Notes under the pieces: model-generated | Databases searched by the model: none | The model's input: the letters and a program-made list of their open reading frames with translations, nothing else | What the model was told of the DNA's origin: nothing | Translations under genes and position numbers: made by a program | From: Klebsormidium nitens | Lineage: Eukaryota > Plantae > Klebsormidiophyceae | Reading direction: 5' to 3' | Length of the DNA: 64,000 nucleotides | Assembly: GCA_000708835.1 (NCBI GenBank) | Contig: DF236977.1 | Span: 186,001-250,000 of the forward strand | Part shown: positions 11,336 through 22,400 of the stretch, piece after piece | Layout: each line of letters begins with the position of its first letter | Position numbering within the stretch: the first letter of the stretch is position 1

Positions 11336-14043
11336 CTACTCTAGATAATGGTTGTGATGTGTCCGCTGTAATTGGAAGAGCTCCGCAGGTCGTTTTACTG
11401 GATAAGGATATTGCAGAGAAGGAGGGATCCTTGACGAGGTATAGAACATGAAAGTAGACTCCATCTGATCTGGCCCAAAGCCGCAGTCCTCGAAGAAAGG
11501 CCTGCAAAAGCGGCAATGCATCTCTGGATAAGTGCTCGAGGCAAAGAGGGTCCGTGGGACGAAATACGGGTAAAGACGCATCAATCACGTAGGGCAACAT
11601 CGAGAGGAGTAAAGTGCTTCAGATTTTAGATGCACGATCCCGAGTGAATGAAACATAGTAACTGGGAAGAGTCTTCAGCTTACCTCAGGTCCGAGTTCGA
11701 CAGAATGGCAATATCGTCGATGCCCCGCTTAGTCAGCTCCCTGCGAAAGGAGGGCCGTCTGAGGTTTTTTTAAAGAAATCGGGGGGAGAAGTCCATGCCC
11801 CATGACTCGATCTACCACGACGACAGCTCGAATGACTCCCTGTGGGAAAGCCAGTCACTTTTTGAGTAGCTTACAAGCCGTTACTGGACATTTGGTGGGA
11901 AGACCTCAAAGATCGCCGACTCAGCTACGTTCCCTACCCTTGAGATGCTTCTGGATTCAGGCACTTCGAGTTGAAGCGACGCTGATAGCGGCCATTATTG
12001 AAACGGTAAAACGAATAATACTAGCACAAAAATGTCTGTCAGTGGACCGACACAACAAGAAACGAACCTGTCTTCGACCACGAGTCCCACCGGTTGATTG
12101 AATACTCAGACAAAGCAAGTCAAACTTTCTTGCTAGTAAAGGAGTGAAGGGGGAGAGCCGGCTTTGACCCTTTCGATGCATTCGTAAGGTGCCCTTCAAT
12201 CACCTGGGAATCGACAAGTTGCTTCAAAATGTGAAGGTGCATCGGAGGCTTACCTGACCGCCACCTTCACCAGTTTCTTCCCGATGCCCTGCCCACGCGC
12301 GCAAGGAGCCACCTGCAAGCCAAAGTGCTTTTGTCTCTGGATTGAACTTGGACTTGCTCTCGCAGCCGTCCAAACAATCCGTCTGCCCTTGCCCGTCCCC
12401 ACGACTTTGTAAAAGCACTCGGCAGCTCAAGAGGCGAAGGATGCTGTCTCTTTCTCCAAAAACGCCTTTCTTGACGGCCTTTGACTTGCTACACATTCAG
12501 AACCTGACCAATTTCCATGGTACATTTTCACGGATTCGTCCATTCCACGACCTGGAGTCGACAGAAATCAACCAGACACAGAACCAGTCCTCAACATTTT
12601 GTCGAAGCACTCACTGCAATGTCGTGGACTGCGCCCACCAGGGAGCAGTCCGACGTCGTCCTTGCAAAGCCCACCAGCTTGGCTGGCCCCAGGAATCGCG
12701 TTTGTTGGTCGTCCCACCAGTCCGAAAAGCCACCCCCCGTTTGGTCGGCCAACGCTGTGAACAGGCTGCTTTGGGCGGGGCTTGGAGCAAGCCGCTGGGG
12801 CATGTAGTCGTCTTTCAAGTGGTCACGGGTGAAAGCGGCAATCACCGATGTGCTGCCGTTGGAACCACCAAGTCAACTATCAGAAACGGTTTGTAAGCGA
12901 AAGCGTAGGATTCAAGTGATCAAGTGGGTAGGATTTGGGCACATCAACAGAAATATCTTTCATTTCTGGACATAAGGTCGCTTTTGAAGACAGGTCTGGG
13001 CAGAAACATATGCTTATTCAGCCAATAGCCAGGGAGCCTGCGCCCTGGAGTGTGTTCGTTGAAAGCTATCTTGGGGGTTTTCTGGTCCATACAGCTCGTA
13101 GCTGTCATGACAATGTATTAGAGCTTCTGCTGTCTGTTCGTCGGACAGAAAGCCAAACCAATGTCGAAGTTGACCAATTTTCGCAAGCTTCCTGTGGGAA
13201 CTTTCTGACAGTGGTGCAATCTCGCACGCCCTTTGTCAACTGCGCACCTGTAGTCCACTGCTCGCTGCAGCTTCTCCAGGTTCCACCTAGTGGCGCTCAT
13301 CTCCTTGTCCAGGAGCCCCGTCGACAAACCCCCGGCCGCCAGCAGGAAACTCAGCTCCCGTACGTCGACCTTTCGCCGATCAAGACTGCACACAGTGAAT
13401 GGTGCCCATCGAAGGGCAATAAGCTATGCCTGGTTACAATAGGCCTAAAGAAGCATCTTCCAACTGCGTCAAACAAGTCTACGTTTTCGGTCACTAGCGC
13501 CTAGACCTTTTTTCCACTAAGAAGCTAAGCATCCACCGCCACACGCAGCTTGAAAGTTCGAAGAACGTAACCCATCCTTGGCTGCCTGTACGTATAAGAA
13601 ACCCCTCTGTGATGGGCTAAGCCACTGCTTGAACTGGTGGCAGTCCATTGCCAGGATTGGGCAGCCAAAGCACCGGTCGTGAGGGCAATGCATGATTGAA
13701 AATGGAGCCGGCAAGCTCACCTGAATGTTACAGCAAGTGTTGCGTTCCTAAGTCCCTGCTTCCGCTCAAGAACCTTCGGTCGTGAAGCAACACCACGTGC
13801 TTCATTGAGTGCTTCATTCGAAGCAGCTCGTAATGCTTTCCTGGATTTTTTCTTTTGAGGTCTTGAAGCAAGATGGTTTGGGGGCCTTCTCAATTGAAGT
13901 GGTTGCCCGGGCCTTCGCATCAGACAGCCGGGACAGAAAGGGAGTTCTGGTATCATAGAAGGTTCTGCGATGAGGGAGTTTTGCCGAATCGGTCTCAATG
14001 CACTTGCAGCATTTCTCGCGCAGACGACGGCTGCGCCTTCCAT
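11336..14043 (-). CDS. GNAT-family N-acetyltransferase, plant plastid GNAT3 (At4g19985)-like
   Basis: Exons 14043-13721, 13385-13248, 12852-12615, 12312-12254, 11740-11684, 11501-11336; all in phase, 326 aa. The spliced product reads LVGFARTTSDCSLVGAVHDIA|VAPCARGQGIGKKLVKVAVR|ELTKRGIDDIAILSNSDLR|PFFEDCGFGPDQMESTFM. This contains the acetyl-CoA motif A (R/Q-x-x-G-x-G) and the GNAT3-type tail. Confidence 0.85.
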
Positions 14044-14506
14044 GACGGTGGGAGGCCAGCCCCAATGCTGCGACACCACACACACTGTAGTCTGCCGTGC
14101 TGAACAGAGTCGGTCCGACAGTCTGTGAGTTAAACTTTGAGTTCTGACAGACTCTCTGACAGAGCAGGCAAGGTTTCGTCCTTCTGGCTGGACTTTTCCT
14201 TGCAGCCTGAGGCTGCAGGATAGCTGAGCTGAGCGCTCCTTTGTAGCGCCCTAACCCAAGTTTTTTAACCCTCCTATGTCCGAGCTACTCGGGGCTGGCG
14301 AGTGTAGGTAACTGCTTGATCCTACATAGTTGACGGGCAAAGAAGAAAGACGGGCAAAGCAGAAAGGAAGCACTGAAAGAAGGGGCGACAAGCAGAGCTG
14401 ACAGTGAAGTGAACGCCACCAGATGGCACGGCTCTGAGCTTGGCCCGAGTGCACACGTGGCCGTGGTCCCCATCCTAAGCAACAGCCATTTCTGAGGACA
14501 AAAGCA
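14044..14506. promoter_or_regulatory. Short divergent (head-to-head) intergenic region between the GNAT and PPT genes
   Basis: The start codons at 14043 (-) and 14507 (+) are 463 bp apart. Bidirectional promoter activity is inferred from geometry only. Confidence 0.4.
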
Positions 14507-17500
14507 ATGGGTTCCAGCTTGGTTGAAAAGGTGGTGGTCGTTTTGTTGCTTTTTGTTGGACTGGCAGCCAGCGTGAGGGTTACGAGCGAAGCGGACTCTG
14601 CTGCTCTGCCCTTTGTGATACTCCATGGTGAGCAGTACAAAACATGCCCGGAACTTGCAAGTTACACTGTCAATTGCGTCAAAGAGCTTGTATGGGCACC
14701 GATGAGTGCTGGGACACTCTGAAAAGCTGTGATGAAATTGAGTAGCAGCTGGAGCTGTCCTCTCACAGCCACAAATGAAGTGTGCACCTCAGAAAGTTTC
14801 CACAGAAAGTGGTGCAACTTGGTTCCTGCTCCACTGGCTGTCCGCCTTGGCCGCAACGTGATGCTAGTGTGTGTGGTGGCTGTGCAGGTATTGGTGATCA
14901 GTGCTCGAATCCAGGACTTGCCTCACTCACAAAAAGCCTGTCAAAATCGGCCGGCATAGAGGGCACTTGCATGTGCGTAAGTTCAATACCTGCTTTGCAG
15001 ATGGATGTAGATGTTGTGCCACCACCTATTTTGCAGTGCAAATCATCAGTTACGTCTGTCTGGAGCTGGGGCGTTTCCTGCTCTTCTCTTGGGGCTTCCT
15101 TTCAAGGTTCTGCTGACTGAATCAGTCAAACCTTCGCTTTGCAGAGAGATAGGAGACGGCGTTTCCTCCTCCTGGTTGATGCCACTATATCAACAGGTGA
15201 GTACAGACCGCAGTTCCTGAAGTTTGGGCGGCTCTGAACCTATCACTTGTTAGCCTTACCAGATTCTTCTTGTTGTGCGAGTCCTGGGCTTCTCGCAGCG
15301 ATGTGGGCAGAAAGCCTTGTCCATTGGCGAGCTCTAGTATCAGCGCAACTGAACGTAAGAAGTTGTGAGAAGCTTCTTGCGCGTACTAAGGTTTGGAGTT
15401 GCTTTATCAAACGCGATTGTTGGACACCGCTGTCTCCATCTATTATACTGGCTTAATTTCGACGCCTATGAAAGGGTAAAGCGGGTGGAATATAGTCCCT
15501 GTATTTAAAGACGGATTTAAAAGTCTTTACTTTGCCCAACCTGAGTTACAGACCATATTTTCTTTGTTGTGACCTGTGTAACTTTCGTTGCAGGTCAAAG
15601 AGGTTTGTACAAAGGTGAAAGCGCTGCCCCACCTGCAAGCTGGGTTCAATCTGGTGGGCTTTTCACAGGTAAGACTGAAACTAGCTGAGCACGGTCCCGG
15701 TATTCGAAGCGACGTTGCGCTGGAAGCGACATTCGGATGCTGCAGAGGTTTACCAGCTGAGCAGATAAACAAAGCTCTTTGTTAGGAAAGACTCTCTCTT
15801 TTCAACGTGTGCGGTTCTGAATGACGCTTACCTGTGCAGGGGAACGTCATTGGAAGAGGTTACATCGAGTGGTGTGAAGGTGGACCGCCGGCAAGTGCCG
15901 ATACACCTGCTCTCGCTCCTCCCTTTGCTACAGAAAGGGCTTCGAGCATGCATGGGGTCGAGTCAGACCTAAAGCTTCCATTCCACCAAGTAGAAAGTTG
16001 TGGAAGCAAGGAAGATTTCGAATCTTTCGTTTGAGGACGTTGCCATCGTTCAAAAGTTGACTGGTCGGCAGGAGCTCGCTCGAGATGCTACCCTTTCGTC
16101 GCCTTGACGAGTGAGCACCGATTGAGATTTGTCGTTCTGTTGGGAGCTATTTGAGTGACTCCTTTGTCTTACCCTGGCAGGTGCATAACTTCGTCTCTGT
16201 TGGAGGCCCCCACGCAGGGACGGCTGCTGTTCCTCTTTGCTATGTAAGCTCCTTTGCTGTGCTCGAGCACCTCATTGCTTGGCCGCAGTCCGTTGACATT
16301 TCTCCACCCAGCAGTTTATTATGGTAGGATTTCTCACAACTTGAACTGCGAGGTCCTTCTTATTGAGAGTCCATAGTTCGTCATCCTCGAGGCTTATGAG
16401 AATCCTTGTTTTATATCCCTGCGTTTTGACTTTCGCGACCTACTCAATGAGGAGGATGTAAGGCATCGTTTGGGATACTGTGACATCTCGATTCTCGATT
16501 GAAGTCTGCATCCGACAGCTCGTGATCTTGTTCGCTTCTGTGCAGTACTACTCTATTTGTCGACTTATCAATGACGTCATCGAGATTGGAATCTACAGCC
16601 ACTTCGTACAGACGCACATCGCCCCGACTGGATACGTCAAGATCCCAACGGTGAGCCCTTGCTGCCTTCTGAGTGATCATGCGGTTGTATGGCGTTGAAA
16701 AGTGGCGCTCTCATGTATTCCTGCGATCTTCACGCTATGACGCCCACGTCTGACTTCAGCTTCGCTGTTCTAGGACGTCCGCGGTTACTTGTCCGGATGC
16801 GAGTTCCTGCCATATCTCAACAACGAGCTGCCAAGCCACCGCAACTCGACGTACAAGGAGCGCTTCTCGGCCATCAACAAGCTCGTGCTAGTCATGGTAG
16901 GAACCGTCAACATTTCCTGAAAGTTGAGGACGCTGTTGCAGTCTTCTCTATGATCAATTGATGAAACGTTGGCACCTTCTTGCCATGCATTCATTTGCGG
17001 AATGAAGGAACCCCAAAAAGGGGAAAGGTCGCTTAACTTCACAAGATTTCTCACGCTGTAATAGTTCGCATGTAAACGAAAAGCAACTCAGAATCTTTGA
17101 GGCACTTTGCACTTGGGCTGAAGATCGATTATCCAACTTTTTCCTCTGTTCGCAGTTTGAATTAGATTCAGTCATCATCCCTAGAGAGTCTGCCTGGTTC
17201 GGGTTCTATCCAGAAGACGACATGCGGAAGGTACTAAAACCTCAGGAGGTACGAATCATCACTCGCCGCAGATCTTACTACTTGCCTGCTGGAAGGTGCT
17301 CTTTCAATTGCTTGATTCCGCCCACATCTTTTGGCTTGCATCTCATTTGCTACTCAAGGAAGCGGATTTGTGCTGACATACGTCGCCCACTTGGTTGGGT
17401 CGGCGTCATTCTCTGATTGTTCCTAAGGACCTTTGTCGGATTGCGGATCTTGGAAGATTGACACGAGCAAAAACTCATTTTGGTTTTGCTGTTGTTGCAG

Positions 17501-17755
17501 ACTGACTTGTACAAAGAGGACTGGATAGGTTTGAGGACCTTGGACGAAGCCGGCAAGGTCAGCTACGTCAGTACCCCGGGCATTCATATGCACGTGACCA
17601 GGGGTCTCGTCGATAAGTACATACTTCCGAACATTGTCCCGCCGGGTAGACGTACAACGTCAGTAGGATTTCTTAAAAGGTTGGCCTCTCTCTTGGAGAC
17701 ACAAGCTGATGAGAACGAGGTCGTGTACAGTCCCCCTGTAAAGGCAAGCCTGTAA
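14507..17755 (+). CDS. PPT1: Palmitoyl-protein thioesterase 1-like alpha/beta hydrolase with signal peptide
   Basis: Ten exons: 14507-14627, 14888-14972, 15145-15196, 15594-15668, 15840-15890, 16181-16243, 16546-16650, 16774-16896, 17156-17248, 17501-17755 (340 aa). Motifs: LPFVILHGIGDQC, nucleophile GFSQG, NFVSVGGPHAG, Asp in FELDSVIIPRESAWFGFY, LYKEDWIGLRTLDEAGK, His in PGIHM. The N-terminus is hydrophobic. Confidence 0.95.
15891..16180 (+). other. Non-canonical GC-AG intron in PPT1
   Basis: The donor is CCG|GCAAGT and the acceptor is GGCAG|GTG. Splicing here restores the conserved EGGPP|VHNFVSVGG, and no GT donor is present at that codon boundary. Confidence 0.85.
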
Positions 17756-19485
17756 GATGTCGAGGTCTATCGAGGTTAAGGAGAGAGTTTAGAACCTGCA
17801 TTTGATTAAATATTTCCGTACAAATTCGAGTGTATACTTTAATCCTGAGCTTGGAAGTCTCGATCTTTCATTCTTCGAAGCAAGTCACCAGGCTGCATGA
17901 TCGTTAGGGCTGGGCATGCAGATGCACCTTTCAAGGGTTCAAAAGCTGAAGGCGGTGAGTCTTTGATTCAGGCGTTCAAAATAGCAGCGAAAGCAACGCG
18001 TTACGTAGCGGTTGCACTGCGGTCTTTGCATCAGCGGTCCTTGAATCCATATGAAATGGGGTCAACTAAGACCCCAATCTCGAATAGACTGTGGCTTGAT
18101 TTTGACGGTCATCACGGGCTGCCAAGCTGTGCCCATCATGGGGGCCTCAATCTGCATGAGCAAAGACCCTTGTAATGGTCGAGACTCGAGGCGGCAGCAG
18201 CAGTGCAGATTGCACATGTGGGTTCTGGTGTAAATCGATTGAATTGCTTTACAGAGTGATGCACTACATGTGAAAGGTTATGCAAGACCAGATGCGTAGT
18301 TATAGTATGATCCCTCAAAACTTATGTTGACTCGCTGCCAATTGCCGCGCATGCCGGGTTAAATATAATTGCAATGGTTGGAATTGCGATTTAGGCACTG
18401 GCTCCCTGGCATGTGGTTCGATCAATGCAGATCCCATTGCGCGCTTAATTAAACCGTAGGTTGTTTCAATGCAACAATAATCCGTGGGCCTCGAAGCGTT
18501 GGGTCGGCTAACGGGCCTGAACATGTCAACCTCCATACGAGAAGACTCACCACTCTAGCCATGATCAGCTCACTTAAAAGCGATCGAAGATCGTCCAGAC
18601 TAAGGCTCAGCTGCAAATTTCCGATATCGACTCCTGTAGTCTGTTCGATGCAACGCACAGTTGTCTGGTGCCATGTGACACAGCGTTCAGTTTGAGGAAC
18701 TTTGAACAGCCTCCGAGTGCCGACATGCATGGCGCGCCAAAACTGAGCGCTTCGATTGGATAATCTTAAAAGAGACGACCTCAGTTGCGCGGCGAAGACA
18801 AGCAGACGCGAAGAGCGCTCAATAAGAATAATGTCGTCGAAGTCCGTTACGTCATTTGCTACTGCGATCCTCCCGCACCTTGCAAGACGGATAGGAAGGC
18901 GTCCTTAGAGGACTGGGAGGATTCGGGTCGCCGGCATGCAGGTCCTCCTATTGTAACGATCTTTGACGAAGTTAGCCTGAGCCCTTCAGATGCCCAGCGA
19001 CGACTTCTCCAATCGGCATTTCAGGAGCGAGACAGCGCTGGTGTTTGGCCACCATCAGGAGCTTCAGGTCGGATTCTGGTTTCAATTGGGGTCTCGGTTG
19101 GGTAAGGAAGCAAGGGAACAGGAGAGGACGAATTTCAGGAACTTGGCTTTGCTTGCGCAAAGAAGGGAGTCCGCAAAGGCGACGCAACGGTGAGTTAAAA
19201 GGTTTCTGCTTCTTCTACAACAAAGCCTCGTCAATAAGTATGATGAACGGCAGGTCAAAAGCTGATGTAAGAATCTCCTCCTCGAGCCATCCCAGGAGGT
19301 ACTTCTACACATCTGCATCCATTGCATATCCTTGTGCTTTCAGAGGATTTGATGGACCATTCTCGTTTAATGCAGCACCATTATCAGGTCAGACAGTCAA
19401 ACAGCCTTGAGAATCAGGAACTACTTCATGTAGCCTGACATTGAGTTTCTATGCTTTTCAGGTGTAAGGTCAAAAGAAGATCATC

Positions 19486-22400
19486 ATGGTTGCTGCACAC
19501 ACTCATGTTCTCGAGGGAATGGAAGCAGGCAAAAGCTCTGAAGAAGACCTCAGAGAGTTGGAGGAGGTCCTGAAGATCTTCAGGCCAGAAAGCATTCGGA
19601 CAAGGCTTCTGCTCTCGAAGGGTCTGCCAAAAGTGGAAGAGAAGACTGATTTAAGCCATTATCTCTCAGAAGAACCGCAGGAGCAGTCTCAAACTGCTGC
19701 ATGCACGTCCTTTGAGGCTGCTATTTCAAGCTTTCCCGATGGAAGATCCGACGCTGATTTGACTGCAGAACTAGCCTTCGAGCCAGTGACACCAGCAGCT
19801 TTAGCTCCACCTCCGTTCATCTTGGGCGACGAGAATCTGCCAGAAGAGCTCGCTGCAGGACAGGTGGAAGCCATTTCTGAGGGTTTGGAAGAGCAGAATT
19901 TGGAGACCCCTAGTCTAAGAAGGCCCTCTCAGACATACTCTCGAGCACAGTTGCAGGCCCTCAAGGACTCCTCAGATGCTGGGAACAACTCAAGGACGAT
20001 CCTGGGCGCGGTGGATAGGGCCAGGCTGGGAAAGTCAAACCACCCTGTGACGCCTGCCTTTATGGAAAGACTCCGGCGCAACGAAGGCGCTAGGTCCAAC
20101 GCTAGCGCGCAGGATCCGCAGGGAGGCTTTGTCAGAGGCAACAGCTTCGAAGCTTCTAGGAGCACTGCTAGCACGCAGATTCTGCAGGGAAGCTTTGGCA
20201 GAGGCAACAGCTTCGAAGTTGCTCGAAGACCGTTCAACAAGAGGGTTGCAGGTACATCTGATGCGCAGCAGGGTTCTTGGCTTCGACGTCCAGAGGAAGC
20301 CATTGGGCAGAACAACGGTGAGACACTCTTCAAATCCAGCCCTTCTGCTTACATGACCTATTTTGCTCAGGTGTTTCTGAAGAAACGAAGTCATTGGCGG
20401 GCAAATCATCTACAGAAGCATAAGTAAGGCGAGGCCTGCAATTTGCTGTCTTGATCGCTCTTTCTGCCGCTTGACTCAGAAGCTCTCACTCACCAGATTT
20501 ATATTCTAATGTTCCGGGAACAGAACTTTTGAAGGATAGAGTGTTCTTCAATTTTGTTGATTTCCATTTGCTTCAAGATATACATGACGTTCAGAATGTT
20601 AGACAAATTTACAATTTAAGTGTACCGCTGTGATCACAAATCCTCGAATCTTTACTGGAGAAGACACCACGGAAAGGCAATTCGTCTCCCCAATGCTGCT
20701 GCTTTCATTTCCTTCGATTCTGCAGCTTTGGTTTAAAATGTGATAAAACGCACAGAATTACGATGCCATGGAGGACATGTCACTTTAGAGAGTGATACAT
20801 GGCTACTGCTATCGGTGTCTGTCCTTCTGCATCTGCCATGGTGCATCTTCACATATCATCTTCGTGTACACGACTTTTGACACGCGGATCCTCCTTCTTG
20901 CAGGCATACTTGGCCTTTCTCCCAGCGATCACTTCAAGCCAGCACGTCTCGACATCCCAAGCCAGCCCACATTCGCGGACGATGACGGAGGAGACTTTGC
21001 CGATCGCGTACGGTACTTGAAGCGACGAAACACCAAGGAAGACAGCGGCCAGTTCAAGACAGGGGGTCCTGCAGTTGGCCAGGGTGTGGACAGCCCCAGC
21101 AAAACCCTAGCCGGCATCGAATTGGGGGCTCTTGACTCTTTCTTGGAGAACGGCGCTGCTCTGATGAACGCCTTTGCGACTCCCCTCTGTCAGTCTCCTC
21201 AAAATTCTGCGCGAGAGGCCCCCGAAGCCATCGGAGGAGACTCTTTCTTGGAAAAGAATACCGGGCAAAGCAGAGCAAGCGGCCAGACCGGTTCGATCGA
21301 TATCTTTCCCCAGAGTGGCTCTGGAAATGCGGCCACCAGGCAGTTCAACTTCCAACCGGAGCAAGGCGCACTTTCTCAGCATTCAAGTTTCTCGGCAGGG
21401 CGGCTCCCGTCCAAAGGCGAAACAGCAAGCGACACAGGGGCAAGCAGCGGTGCCGGAATTGCAGCAGAGCCAGAAACAGGGTTCGGAGTTTCGGAGGAGC
21501 CTGAGGAGCCTGCCGCTGGCGAAGGGGTGCAGAAGCCCGCGGAATCAAACGGCTCAGATGACGCCCTGGAGGAGCTGCTCCGACAGATGGAGAAGAATTG
21601 GAAGACGGAGCGCCCAACGCAGGCAGAGTCTGGCTGCGACCTGGCGCGCGCAGGCAGTCTGTTGGGAGGTCTCGTCCAGGAAGAGACGACGGTTCTCAGC
21701 TTCAAGGCGGTGCGTGCGTCGGCGGTGGGCCGGTCGGTGTCCCCGAGCACCGCCAGTTTTGCGAGCGAGGCGGGCAGCGCAGAGCCGCAGGACTACCTGT
21801 CAGAGCTCGACGTGGGCACTTCGGAGTCCTCTCCAATACGAGGGCAGGAGATCCTGCGCGCTTTTGGCAGCGGAAGCTTCGCGACGGGCTGGGGGCTGGA
21901 GACCCAGGGGGTGACGTCAGAGTCAGAGGTTGAGCCGGAGCCGAACACGCTGGTTGCAGAGGGAAGTGCGTCGAGACCTGAGGGTGCAAGAACCGAGGGC
22001 GACCGGAAGACAGGGATTTTGGCGGTTGAAGAATCACGATCAGAGGAGAGACCAAGATCGAGCCCCCTGAAGCGTCCGAGAAGTCCATCCCCAGAGCGAG
22101 GAGTCGGAGGTATCCGGGCATTTGCGTCCGAGCTTTTGCTCTCGGCTGACACGAACCGCGAGAAGCTGCCGGCAGTTCTTTCCCCCGGAACTTCTCTACC
22201 CGAAGGCCAGGAAACGGAGGAGAAGCCCGTCGGAAAATTGGCTCCAGAAGCCAGGCTTGACAACTCTTTGCCTCAGCCTGTCCAAGCTGCTTTCGGGGGA
22301 AGCTTGACGAGAGAACTCGGAGAGGAGCAAAGAGCAGACGGTCTGCTGGGGGGTTCGGTCATCAAAGAAGCGCCGCCCCCTTTCGTCTTCGGGGAATCAG

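Noticed and set aside
17744-17755. C-terminal ASL of PPT1 as a peroxisomal PTS1
   Set aside because: The protein has an N-terminal signal peptide that would route it to the ER first, and ASL is a weak signal.
14507-17755. PPT1 as the release thioesterase of the FAAL-ACP enzyme (biosynthetic gene cluster)
   Set aside because: It lies about 38 kb away, separated by unrelated housekeeping genes, and is an ordinary secretory PPT1.
18785-19470. Specific 5' exons for the giant GW protein
   Set aside because: Several phase-compatible paths exist and there is no homology to choose between them, so the region is left unresolved.
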